From Chiloscyllium plagiosum (lineage: Eukaryota): DNA of 63,615 nt. Location of the stretch: NCBI RefSeq assembly GCF_004010195.1, contig NC_057755.1, positions 2,749,498 to 2,813,112 on the forward strand, in the 5' to 3' direction. The notes below the pieces were generated by a model. It saw only the letters and a list, made by a program, of their open reading frames with translations. It was not told the origin of the DNA and searched no databases. The position numbers were made by a program, and so were the translations under genes. Shown piece by piece: positions 12,193 through 24,212 of the stretch. Positions within the stretch are counted from its first letter, which is position 1. The number at the start of each line of letters is the position of its first letter.

Positions 12193-12422
12193 GTTGAAAC
12201 TTTATTGCTGGAACAGCACAGCAGGTCAGGCAGCATCCAGGGAACAGGAGATTCGACGTTTCGGGCACAGGCCCTTCTTCAGGAATCAGGATTCCTGAAG
12301 AAGGGCCTGTGCCCGAAACGTCGAATCTCCTGTTCCCTGGATGCTGCCTGACCTGCTGTGCTGTTCCAGCAATAAAGTTTCAACTTTGATCTCCAGCATC
12401 TGCAGACCTCACTTTCTCCTCG
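12193..12422. mobile_element. PLE-derived hairpin-plus-tail mini-element with hammerheads in both polarities; 14-bp TSD
   Basis: Perfect inverted repeat 12193-12384 (95-bp arms, 2-nt loop), then a ~36-nt tail. TSD ATAGTGCCTCACAA at 12179-12192 and 12423-12436. Confidence 0.92.
12290..12327 (+). ncRNA. Minimal type I hammerhead ribozyme motif (mirror copy on the minus strand at 12250-12287)
   Basis: GAUUC-CUGAAGA-A-GGGC(CUGU)GCCC-GAA-ACGU-C-GAAUC: 5-bp helix I, 4-bp helix II, palindromic ACGU in place of helix III. Confidence 0.8.
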
Positions 12423-12462
12423 ATAGTGCCTCACAAACCTTACTGAGTTCTTTGAAATGGTG

Positions 12463-12651
12463 TCTACATTAGAGTGGTTCTGAAAAAGCACAGCAGGTCA
12501 GGCAGCATCCGAGGAGCAAGAAAAGTGACATTTCGGGCAAACGCCCTTCATCAGGATTCTGTTCCTCAGATGCTGCCTGGCCTGCTGTGCTTTTCCAGCA
12601 CCACTCTAATCTAGACTCTTGCTTCCAGCATCTACTATCCTTGTTTTTACC
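12463..12651. mobile_element. Older PLE hairpin-plus-tail mini-element; 14-bp TSD
   Basis: Imperfect inverted repeat AGAGTGG...CCACTCT with a decayed minus-strand CTGATGAAGGGCGTTTGCCCGAAATGTC. TSD TCTTTGAAATGGTG at 12449-12462 and 12652-12665. Confidence 0.85.
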
Positions 12652-13464
12652 TCTTTGAAATGGTGACCAAACAGGTGGATGAGGGTAAAGCGGTTGATGT
12701 GATGTACATGAATTTCAGTAAGGTGGGTGATAAGGTTCACCACGGTAGTCTAGTGCACAAAGTACAAAGATATGGGATTGAGGGTGATTTAGCAATTTGG
12801 ATCAGAAATTGACTAGCTGAAAGAAGACAGAGAGTGGTGGTTGATGGGAAATGTTCATCCTGGAGTTCAGTTGCTGGTGGTGTTCCACAAGGATCTGTTT
12901 TGAGTCCACTGACGTTTGTCATTTCATAAAGGATCTCGACGAGGGCTTGGAAAGATGGGTTAGTAAGTTTGCGGATGGCAGCAAGGCAGTAAGGGTGGTG
13001 GAGTTGTGAATAGTGCCGAAGGATGTTGCAGTTTACTGAGGGACACAGATAAGTTGCAGAGCTGGGCTGAGAGGTGGCAAATGGAGTTTAATGTGGAAAA
13101 GTGTGAGGTGATTCACTTTGGAAGGAGCAACAGGAATAAAGAGTACTGGCTAATGGTAAGTTTTTGGCAGTGTACGTGAGCCAAGAGATCTCAGTGTCCA
13201 TGTAAATAGATTCCTGAAAGTTGTCACCCAGGTTGATAGGGTTGTTAAGGCATGCGGTGTGTTAGCTTTTATTGATAGAGAGATTGAGTTTGGAGCCACG
13301 AGGTCATGCTGCAGAGGTACAAAATTCTGGTGCAGCCTCTCGGAATATTGCATACAGTTATGGTCGCCGCGTAATAGGAAGGATGCGGAAACTTGGGAAG
13401 GAAGGTGTTCAGAGGAATTTACTAGGATGTTGCCTGGTAAGGAGGGAAGGTCTTGTGAGGAAAG

Positions 13465-15640
13465 GCCAATTCCTCCATGCCACCTAGATATTCTAAATTA
13501 ATCTAGGCCCAATTGTCAGCGCTTGGCCCATATCCCTCTAAATGCTTCCAATTTATTTAGCCATCTAAATGCCTTTTACTTGTTGTAATTGTACCAGCCT
13601 TTCTCTGGCAGCTCAATCCATACATGCACCACCTTTCGCATGAAAACATTGCCCCTCAGGACCCCTTTAAATATTTCTCCTTTCACCCTAAACCTGCACG
13701 CTCTGGTTCCAGACTCCATACCCAAAGGAAAAGCCCCTGTCTGTCCATGCCCCTCATGATTTTATAAGTCTTATAAAGGTCACCTTTCAGCCACTGACAC
13801 TGCAGGGAAAACAGCCCAAGCCTATTCAGTCTCTCGCTACAGCTCAAACTCTCTAACCCTGGCAACAGCCTTATAAATATCTTTTCTGAACCCTTTCAAG
13901 TTCACAACATTCCTCCTTTAGGAGGGAGGCTGGAATTGCCCACAATATTCCAAAAGCTGCCTAACAGCTGCAACATAACCGACAACCTCCTATACTCAAT
14001 GCTCTGACTAATAAAAGAAAGCACACCAAATGCCTTCTTCACTAACCTATCGACCTGCGACTCCATTTTCAAGGAACTATGAACCTGGACTCCAAGGTCT
14101 CTGTTCAGCAACATTTCCCAAGACCTGACTATTAAGTAATGCACCACCACGCATTCTCCTTACTTTCTGGATGAGCCTACTATGGGGAACCTTATCAAAT
14201 GCCTGGCTAAAATCCATAAACACCATATTCACTGGTCCATCTTTATCAGAGAGTGCTTTGTCACATCCTCAAAGATTCCATAAGTGTGGAATTGTAGGAT
14301 TGTTAAGAAGGCATCTGGTGTGTTGGCTTTCATTAGCAAAGGGCTGCAAGGTTATGCTGCAGCTCTGTACAGCCCTGGTTAGACCACACTTGGAATTACC
14401 TTCACTTTATCTCCACAGGTCGTCCCAAACCTGCCGAATCTCTCTAGCGATTCCTCTTATGATGCATGACCTGCCCCTCACAAAGCCATGTTGGCTATCT
14501 CTAATCAAAATATGGCATTTAAGTAATTATAAATCCTGTCTCACAGAATCCTCTCCAATAATTTGCCCACCACAAAGTAAGACAGGTCTGTAATTCCCAG
14601 TATTACTCCTATTCCCTGTCTCAAAAAAAGGAAAAACATTTGCCACCTTTAAACCATCTCCTTACAAACTTGTTTCTCAATTTCCCCCTGACTGTGGGGT
14701 CGAAAGTACAATCACAATAAGGATGATCATCCCTTTCTTGCTTCTCAGTTCCACCCAAATAACTTCCATGGATGTATTTCCAGTAATATCCACCCAAAAT
14801 ACAGCCATAATGGTACCCCCTTATCAAAAACACCACTATCTATCCATCATATAGCATTTGTATCCTGGACCATTAAGCTGCCAGTCCTGTCCATCCCTGA
14901 GCAATGTTTCTGTAATTTCTATGATATCCCAGTCTTATGTTTCTAACCATGCCCTGAGTTCATCTGACTTCTCCATTAGGCCCCTTGCATTGAAATACAT
15001 GCAGGTTCACTTATCACTCCTACCTCATTCCCTGCCTGCCCTGACTGTTTGACTTTTACCTTTTCCAAACTGCACCAGTCTCAGGCAGATCCCTATCCCC
15101 CAGTCTCACCGCCACCGTACGAATGTAAATCCTCCTGAGCAGCTCCTGGCTCTCCCTGCCAGTATATTAGTGTCCTTCTAATTCAGGTGCAATCCCTCCT
15201 TCTTCTACATGTCACTCCTACCCCAGAAGAGATTCCAATGATCCAAAAATGTGAACCATGCTCTCCTGCACCAGTTCCTCAGCCACACGTTCATCTGCTC
15301 TATCCTCCTATTCATCCCCTCACGAGCTCATCACACCGGGAGTAACCCAGATATTGCTACCATTGAGTATTTCCTTTTTTAAAATTCCTGCCTAACTTTC
15401 TACGTTCAGAATATCATCCTTTTTCCTTCCTCTGTCATTAGCTCCAACGTGTACAATGTCGTCCTGCTGGTCCAATTCCATGTTGGGGATATTGCTCACT
15501 CAGATATCCTTGATCCTGGTACCAGGGAGGCAATATCAGGCTCAACCATGTTAGAAGCTGAGCACCTTGTGCAATGTCCTTTCCCCAGAGTCCAGGCCCT
15601 TGCCATGACACGGGCTGCTTCAGGCAGCTTTTCTCTCTCC
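13465..15640 (-). mobile_element. Degenerate CR1 LINE with internal deletions and insertions
   Basis: ORFs 13683..13865 (ERLNRLGLFSL) and 13902..14150 (RDLGVQVHSSLK). Endonuclease and ORF1 remnants lie further right. Confidence 0.75.
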
Positions 15641-15769
15641 CTGCCTCACATTGAGCCAGCTCTTTCTCTGTCTGGCTGCTCTTCTCTCTCTTCCTGAGCT
15701 CCAGCTCCACCTACTGCGGGAGTGACAGCCCTCACCCCGCTATCTGTACCTTTCCTAGTTACTATCAAT

Positions 15770-16190
15770 TCTGATGAAGGAGCACTGGATCAGAAAAATT
15801 GCCTCTGCTTTACCTGCACGGATCCCGCCAAACCGGCCGCCGAGTTTCTCCAGCGAATTCTCTTTTGTCCACATTCACCTCCAAACGACATTCCACGCGC
15901 GGGTCTGCATTCCTTATTGGCTGAAACCGTGTGATTGATGGACATTGTGACCAATCGGAGTTGGGTGTTGAGCTGAGGCCCGTCCTGAGTGCTCACGCGC
16001 AGCCGCGAGACGCGGCCGTTTAACCGCCTCTGCGCGAGCTCGCGGTGGGAGGGGGCGGGGCGTCATCGTTTGAATCGGTCACCGCGAGGCGGGGCCATGG
16101 CGCTATCGCTGTGGGGTTTCCGCCTGGACACAGTGAGAGGGTTTTACTAAAATCCTTCCACTGAGGCTGAGAAAACAGTTTCGGTGAGTC
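15770..16190 (+). promoter_or_regulatory. CpG-rich Pol II promoter / putative first exon (module A)
   Basis: ATTGG 15916, CCAAT 15951, GC box 16052-16060, TTTGAA 16069, Kozak GCCATGG 16097, donors GTGAGA 16133 and GTGAGT 16184. Preceded by a decayed PLE pLTR. Homologous to the reverse complement of 29092-29430. Confidence 0.6.
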
Positions 16191-16485
16191 AACAAACTGC
16201 TAACGTGCAGATATACTGAGGAGGAGGTCACGCACGTTTGACCCGGAGAAGGGCGGAGTGAGTGGAATCAAACCGAATGAGAGATAAATCACACACAGCG
16301 TGGAAACAGGCTCTTTGACCCGACCCCATTCGGACTGACCGGATTTCCGGAACTGAACCAGGACCATTTGGCGGTGTTTGGCCCATAGCCCTCTAAATTC
16401 TGGATTAGCGGTGCTGGAAGAGCACAGCAGTTCGGGCAGCATCCGAGGAGCAGTAAAATCGACATTTCGGGCAAAAGCCCTTCAT

Positions 16486-16815
16486 TTTTTTTTATTTCAA
16501 AATATACTTTATTCATAGAATTGTACTTGTACAATTTGTCATGTCGTTCATAGATATATACACTGCATGTCTTAACATTGCAAAGAACAGATTGAATTAC
16601 TCGAATTTACAGTTATTCTATTTACAGTTCCCTTTATTAACCATCCAGTCTCTTATTATTTCGCTGTGGCTTCAGCAGAACCCACCTACGGAGTGGGTGC
16701 CCTGTTATACTATAGCAAATGAACCTTTTTTAATCCCAGTTTATGGGGTTATCGTTGTCCATTTGACTGTCCTGTCTCTGGGGAAGCTGTCTGCATCCCC
16801 ATGGTGAGCACAAAC
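16486..16815 (-). mobile_element. Tx1-type 3' fragment inside the PLE 3' pLTR
   Basis: Starts with TTTTTTTTTATTTCAAAATATACTTTATTCAT, as at 1801 and 45703, and ends in ...WGKTTV-like coding sequence. Confidence 0.7.
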
Positions 16816-19800
16816 TGCTGGGGGGGGGGGGGGGGGGTGGATAGGTGGAAAAGGAGATAGGCAGGTAGGACAGGTCATGGGGACAGGGCTGAGCCGGAAG
16901 TTTGGAACTGGAGTGAGGTAGGGGAAGGGGAAATGAGAAAACTGTTGAAGTCCACATTGATGCCCTGGGGCTGTAGTGTTCCAAGGCAGAAGATGAGGCG
17001 TTCTTCCTTCAGGCGTCTGGTGGTAAGGGAGGAGGCGGTGAAGGAGGCCCAGGACATTCATGTCCTCTGCAGAGTGGGAGGGAGAATTGAAATATTCAGA
17101 CACGTGTGGTTGATTGGTGCGCGTGTCCCAGAGATGTTCCCTAAAGCACTCTGTGAGGAGGTGCCCAGTCTCCCAAATGTAGAGGAGACCGCATTGAGAG
17201 CAACGGATACAATAAATGATATTGGCAGACGTGCAGGTAAAACTTTGGATGTGGAAGGCTCCTTTCAGGCCTCGGATGGAGGTGTGGGCGCAGGTTTTGC
17301 AATTCCTGCGGTGGCAGGGGAAGGTGCCAGGACGGGAGGGTGGGTTGAAGGGAGGTGTGGATCTGACCAGGTAGTCACGGAGGGAAGGGTCTTTGCGGAA
17401 GGCAGAAAGGGGTGCAGAGGGAAATATATCCCTGGTGGTGGGGTTTGTTTGGAGGTGGCGGAAATTATTTGATTTATGCATAGGTTGGTAGGGTGGAAGG
17501 TGAGCACCAGGGGTGTTCTGTCCTTGTTACGGTTGGAGGGGTGGGATCTGAGAGCAGAGGTGTGGGATGTGGATGAGATACGTTGGAGGGCATCTTTAAC
17601 CATGTGGGAAGGGAAATTGCGGTCTCTAAAGGAGGAGGCCATCTGGTATGTTCTGTGGTGGAACTGGTCCTCCTGGGAGCAGAGGCGGAGGAATTGAGAA
17701 TACAGGATGGCATTTTTGCAGGAGGTAGGGTGGGAAGAGGTGTAATCCAGACAGTTGTGGGAGTCGGTGGGTCTGTAAAAAATGTCGGTATCAAGTCGGT
17801 CGTCATTAATGGAGATGGAGAGGTCCAGGAAGGGAAGGGAAGGGAAGTGTCGGAGATGTTCCAGATAAATGTTAAGGTCAGGGTGGAATGTGTTGGTGAA
17901 GTTGATGAATTGCTCAACCTCCTCGCGAGAGCACGAGGTGGCGCCAATGCAGTCATCAATGTCGCAGAGGAAGAGGTGGGGACTGGTGCCGGTGTAATTA
18001 CGGAAGATCGACTGTTCTACATAGTCAAAGAATCAGGCATAGATGGGGCCAATACGGGTGCCCATGGTTACCTCTTTGGTCTGGAGGAAGTGGGAGGATT
18101 CGAAGGAGAAATTGTTAATGGTGAGGAACAGTTCTGCCAAACGAATGAGTGTCGGTGGAAGGGTACTTTTGGGGATGTTGCGAGAGGAAGAAGTGGAGGG
18201 CTTGGAGGCCCTGGTCATGGCGGATGGAAGTGTAGAGGGATTGGATATCCATGGGGAAGATGAGGCGTTGGGGGCCGGGGAAACGGAAGTCTTGGAGGAG
18301 GTGGAGGGTGTGGATGGTGTCTCGAACGTATGTGGTGAGTTCCTGGACTAGGGGGGAAATAGGACAGTGTCGATGTAGGTAGAAATGAGTTCAGTGGGGC
18401 AGGAGCATGCTGAGACAATGGGTCGGCCAGGGTGGTCAGGCTTGTGGATCTTGGGAAGGAGGTAGAACCGGGCAGTGCGGGTTTCCCGGATTATGAGGTT
18501 GGAAGCTGTGGGTGGGAGATCTCCTGAAGTGATGAGGTTCTGTATGGTCCGGGAGATGATGGTTTGGTGATGGGGGGAGTGGGGTCATGGTCGAGGGGGT
18601 GGTAGGAAGAGGTGTCCTCGAGTTGGCGTTTGGCTTCAGCGGTGTAGAGGTCAGTGCGCCAGACTACCACGCGCCTCCTTTATCTGCTGGCTTGATGGGG
18701 AGGTCGGGATTGGAGGGCTGCGCGTTGAGGGTGAGAGTTTGGAGTGGGGGAGGGGAGGTAGGCAGGTTGAGGCTGTTAATGTCCAGGCGGCAGTGGGCAA
18801 TGGAGGTCAAGGGTGGGTAATAGGCCAGCGCGGGGTGTCCAGGTGGATGCAGTGTGTTGGAGGTGGGCGAAGGGGTCCTCCGAAGGTGGACGGGAGTTCT
18901 GATTGTGAAACTAAGCTCGGAGGCGGAGGCAGCGGAAGAAGTGTTCAACATCACGGCATGTACTAAATTCATTGATGCGTGGATGGAGGGGGATGAAGGT
19001 GAGTCCTTTGCTGAGGACTGATTGTTCGTCTTCAGTGAGGGGAAGGTCTGGAGGGATGGTGAAAACTCAGCAGATCTGGGATCTGGTGTAGGTGTGGACC
19101 TGGGAGTGGGGGCGGAACCTGTAACTGAAGTGGGTATGGTGGTGGGGGAAATGGGGATGGAGTCATGAGCAGGAGTGGTGTTCCCCTCAGGGTTCTGGGG
19201 GGCGGGGATGGTGACAGTAGGATCTGTGGGGGAGGTGTGTCAGCAGAATGCAGGTGAGTGGCCTTGTTGGGGTTGGAAGTGGTGGCAAACACAGCAGTGG
19301 GGAGGGGGCGGAAGTCACTGAGCGTGTGACATCAACGATGATGTGAGGGGCAGAAGTGATGTCACGTGTGGTGCACGAGGAATTGTGAGGGGCAGAAGTG
19401 GCTGTGGGAGCGGCCATGATGGGGGCGGACGTGACATCAATCAGTGTGGGGGTGGCAGCTGCACCAGCCGCATGGCTAATGGCGTCCGAGCAGTTCCAGA
19501 GGCCAGGTGAATATACGGGAATGTTTGAGGAGCGCTGGTTATGGAGGTGGATACATAAAAGTTTGTTGTACTTACAGTTTTTGATGTTTGAGATGGAGTT
19601 GAAATACTGTTGAGAGTATGAATTCTCCTGAGGATGTAGTACAGAGTGGGTCCTTTGTAATTGAGAGTGTGGCCCTCAGCTGAGGCAGGACTGACAGTAG
19701 AGAGGTTAGGTGCCGGCGCATTGCTGTGAGCGTGGAATGGAGGATCTTGAAGGAGAACCGTTGCTGGTGTTTTTGAATCTGTAGTCTGTACTGTTTGTCC

Positions 19801-20143
19801 TGTTCGGGTCCGAACTCTGCTGGTTTAAAGGTGGTCCGGAGTCCGTGTGGGATGAGTTGGTTACGAAGGCCGGCACTGAGGAAGCAAATGTGGCTGTGGT
19901 AGTGAGTTTATTTGATTGAAGAGCTTCATGGCAGAGGAAATGACCTAGGAGTGGGAGAGGGACTGCCTGAGATTCTTGTAGAGAGAGGAGGAAAACTTCA
20001 AGGCAGGCATCCTTGCAAGAGGATTTGCACTAAGGTTAAAATCAACGAGGTAAAAACAATGACTGCAGATGCTGGAAACCAGATTCTGGATTAGTGGTGC
20101 TGGAAGAGCACAGCAGTTCAGGCAGCATCCAAAGAGCAGTAAA

Positions 20144-20178
20144 ATTGACGTTTCGGGCAAAAGCCCTTCATCAGGAAT
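20144..20178 (-). ncRNA. Hammerhead ribozyme core in the 5' pLTR of the PLE
   Basis: Minus strand ATTC-CTGATGA-A-GGGC(TTTT)GCCC-GAAACGTC. Helix I is weakened in this copy. Confidence 0.7.
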
Positions 20179-20479
20179 AGAGGCAGAGAGCCTAAAGGGT
20201 GGAGAGATCAGTGAGAGGAGGGTGAGGGTGGGGAGAAAGTAGCATAGAGTACAATAGGTGAGTGGGGGAGGGGATGAAGGTGATAGGTCGGGGGCGGGGG
20301 GGTGAGATGGATAGGTGTAAAAGAAGATAGGCAGGTAGGACAGGTCATGTGGACAGTGCTGAGCTGGAAGTTTGGAACTAGGGTGAGGTGGGGCATGGGG
20401 AAATGAGGAAACTGTTGAAGTCCACATTGATCTGTGAATGTCCCCGTCCGAATGGTGTTGGCACTCGGGGTTAGCGGGA

Positions 20480-21850
20480 AGCCGGGACAGGATGAGAGAC
20501 ATCCGAGAATTCCGAGTGAAGTGAAAGGAGAAACTGTGGGGCTACTGGCCCCAACATCACAGCCTCCCCTGGACTGGGAGGAGGTGTCAGGAGACTGGAG
20601 GATTGATATTGCAGGCTTGTTTTGAAGAGGGTTGTGAGATCATTCCTGGCAGTTCCATCCCTGTCAGTTTGACTCTGGTAATGGGAGAAGTATTAGCAAC
20701 CTTTATTTAGGGAAAAGCTTGTGGTCACGTGGGAAAAGGTGAGGTGGTTAGGAAACACCAACGGGAAATTGTGCATTGGTAACTTGCTGAACGATTTTGA
20801 ATTAACGGAAAGAGTAGATGAGGGCAGTGTTACTGATGTAATACACATGCGTTTCCATAAGATTAGTGAGGATGGTTACAGGTCATAGTACAAGCAGCTG
20901 TGGCAACTTGGAGACAAAATTGACTTGAGTGTGAGGAAAGAGAAAGCAGTGACCAATGGATATTTATGTAGCTGGAGCAATGTTTGCAGTGAAGTTCGCA
21001 GGGTTTCTATATTGAGACCAGCATGTTGCAGAAAGGAGGAAGGATAAGGATGGCAAGGTAAGGGGGACCGTGGATAACAGGGAGGTTTTGAATTTCATCA
21101 AAAGGGAAAACAGAAGCATATGTAAAGTTTTAAGAAGCTAAAATTGAACAGGGCCTGTGAGGAAAATAAAGAAAAGAGAACAAAAACTCAAACAGGGAAT
21201 TTAGGAGAGCAAGGGGCCTTGAAATGACCCCTTAGAGTTAAAGAGAATCCCAAGGAATTCTATACATACATTAAAAATAAGAGGATAACTCCGGATAAGT
21301 ATAACCAATGACCACTCAAGGATAAAGGAGGAAATGTGTGCTTGGAGGCAGAGAATGTGGGTGAGATCTTAAATGAGTATTTTGCATCAATATTCATCCA
21401 GGAGAAGGGTGTGGGGAATAGTGAGATTTATGTGGAGCATGCTAATATGCTGCAGCATTTTGAGATCAAGAAAGTAGTAGTGCTGGGTCACCTGAAGAGT
21501 GTAAAGGTGAATAAGTCCCCAGGTTCTCATGGTATCTAACCCAGGTTATTGAGTGAGCCAAGAAATTGCTGGGGTCTTGACCATGGTCTTGGTATCCTCC
21601 TTAGTCACTGGAGAGGTCGCGAGGCCTGGCGAGTAGATAATGTTGTTCCTCTGTTAAAGCATTGTGTTCACTTCTGGTTGCCACATAAGAAGAATGAGGC
21701 GGCTTTGGAAAGGGTGCAGAAGAGAGTGACCAGGATGCTGCTTGGATTAGAGGATATGAGCTATAAGGAGCGGATTAAAAAACTTGGGTTGTTTTCTGTC
21801 GTGCAGTGGATGTGGAGGGGAGGCTTGATAGAAGTCTGTTCAATTGAGAT
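20480..21850 (+). mobile_element. Several decayed CR1 ORF2 fragments
   Basis: ORFs 21336..21539 (EILNEYFASIF...KSPGSHGI) and 21549..21932 (ALERVQKRVTRML). Confidence 0.75.
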
Positions 21851-22739
21851 AGAGTTGACAGTGTGTGGTGAAAGGGTTAAAATTGTGTCCCAATACATGT
21901 GTGAATCTAACCGGAATGGAGGTGTTGCTTAGTCCCGTGTGAATCTTATTACACACCTCCCCGTGTGAATCTTCTTATCTGTATGTAACCAGAATGGAAT
22001 GTGTTTTTTAGCCTTGCTCTGCTGATTCACGTGGTAAGTATTTTATATTCTAATTTACCTTCCCGGCTACTGCCGGCATGTGATTTCTTGACTCCCACTG
22101 CTGTTTCCATGCATCTTCAGCCCTTGTCTTTCCAGGCAGTGCTATCAAACGTCCCTTGGTGTTTTACTGCAGTGCATCTTGTAGATGATACACACTGCTG
22201 CCACAGTGCATCAGTGGTGAATGAATGTTGAAACTGGTGGATGCGGTATCAAATAGGTTGCTTTGTCCTTGATAGTGTCAAGTTTCTTGAAGTTTAACTC
22301 ATCCAGGCAAGTGCAAAATTTAAATGGAATTCAGACTCATGTTATGTAAACATATTTAATAAAATTTACTTCTCATGTCAGTTTTAGGTTTTTTTCTTTA
22401 CTTCATTAACCCTGAACTGTAGGTGGAAAGCATGGAGGTGGTCAGAAGAGGAGTGAAGAGAGCACATGAGATTAGATTTATGGTTAACCTTCACTTAGGA
22501 AAAGAAGAAGGAGATATTTTGGCACAGTTGTAGTGTCCTTACCTCTGAGTCAGAAGGCACTGGTTCAAGGTCTACCAGTTCCTCAGATGCATAGTAACAT
22601 CTGTGAACAGGTTACTTCGAAAATATCTTTAAATAGTACACGGGCAATTATCGGAAAGAGTGGGAACAAGGTAGAGAGTATCATATGGAGACTGATGACA
22701 TGGCTGAAATAAAAAAACGAGAACACTATAACATTTCAC

Positions 22740-23392
22740 TTAAGTAGGAGTATACTTAAGAGGGAAATCAGGAGGACACAAAGGGGACATGAGATAGCTT
22801 TGGCAAATAGAATTAAGGAGAATCCAAAAGGTTTTTGCAAATACATTAAGGTCGAAGAGGTAACTAGGGAGAGAATAGGGCCCCTCAAAGATCAGCAAGG
22901 TGGCCTTTGCGTGGAGCCACAGGAGAGGGGGGAGATATTAAATGAGTATTTTGTATCAGTATTTACTGTGGAAAAGGACATGGAATGTAGGGAAATAGAT
23001 GGTGACATCTCGAAAAATGTCCATATTACAGAGGAGTAAGTACGGAATGTCTTGAAATGCATAAGTGGATAAATCCCCAGTACCTGATCAGGTGTACCCA
23101 AAAAGTCTGTGGGAAGCCAGGGAAGTGATTGCTGGGCTTCTTGCGGAGGTATTTGTATCATTGATCGCACAGGTGAGGTGCCAGAAGAATGGAGGTTGCC
23201 TAATTTGGTGCCACTTTTTAAGAAGGGTGGTAAGGACAAGCCAGGGAACAATAGACCAGTGAGCCTGACATTGGTGGTGGGCAAGTAGTAGGAGGGAATG
23301 CGGAGGGCCAGGATGTACATTTATTTGGAAAGGCAATGACTAATTAGGGATTGTCAACATGGCTTAATGCATGGGAAATCACATCTCACAAG
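22740..23392 (+). mobile_element. CR1 ORF2 fragment ending at the HGF...SCLT motif
   Basis: ORFs 22800..23039 (ANRIKENPKGF...) and 23065..23262. Confidence 0.85.
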
Positions 23393-24212
23393 TACAGGCC
23401 CTTCATGGAACCACTCTACTAATAAAGAAAGTTAGACTAATCCAACATAGAACATGACAGTGTAGTACAGGCCCTTTATGGATTCGCTTGGCTAATAACA
23501 GACGTTAGACTAATACAACATAGAGTATTACAGTGCAGTACAGGGCTTTTATGGAACCGCTTGGATAAAGGAAATTAGACTAAGATAACATAGAACATTA
23601 CAGCGCAGTATAACTTTTTATGGAACCGCTTGGCTAATAAAGGAAGTTAGACTAACACAAAATATAGAACATTAGAGTGCAGGCCCTTTTTGCCACCACT
23701 TAGCTAATTATGCCCGTTACACTCAAAGAACATAGAACATTACAGCGCAGTACAGGCCCTTCATGGAACCATTCAGCTAAAAAAGGAAGTTAGACTATTA
23801 CAACATAGAGTATGACAGCGCAGTACATGGCCTTTATGGAACTGCTCGGCTATTAACGGAAGTTAGACTACTACAACATAGAACATTACAGCACAGTACA
23901 GGCCCTTTCTGGCACCGCTCCGCTAATACTCAATGTTAGACTCATAGAATAGAGAACATAATAGGACAATATAGGCCTTTTATGGAACCACTTGGCTAAT
24001 TTTGGATGTTAGATTCATTGTACATAGAACATTACAGCGCAGTACAGGCCCTTTATGGAACTACTGAGCTAATAAAGGAAGTTAGACACATAGACCATGA
24101 CAGCGCAGTACAGGCCCGTAATGGAAACGCTCGTCTAATAAAGGATGTTAGACTCATATAACGCAGAACATTGCAGTGCAGTACAGGCCCTTTATAGAAC
24201 CACTCGGCTAAT
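23392..24212. repeat. Degenerate ~72-bp satellite, about 11-12 copies
   Basis: Consensus CATAGAACATTACAGCGCAGTACAGGCCCTTTATGGAACCACTTGGCTAATAAAGGAAGTTAGACTAATACAA. Confidence 0.9.

Larger units (their letters stand above)
10870..13460 (+). mobile_element. Degenerate CR1 LINE (ORF1 remnant, ORF2 RT) interrupted by two PLE-derived mini-elements
   Basis: ORF 11649..11966 (KPPGPDGIYPRILWEAREDIAEPL), GVPQGSVL region near 12880, ORF 13259..13501. Confidence 0.85.
16398..20432 (-). mobile_element. Near full-length Penelope-like element (RT plus GIY-YIG endonuclease) with pseudo-LTRs, frameshifted
   Basis: GIY-YIG in ORF 16741..17481 (NIIYCIRCSQCGLLYIWETG...FREH...FNSPSHS); RT in 18033..18218 (NNFSFESSHFLQTKEVTMGT) and IKPADKGG. 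Direct-repeat pLTRs at about 20047-20432 and 16398-16960. Confidence 0.9.
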
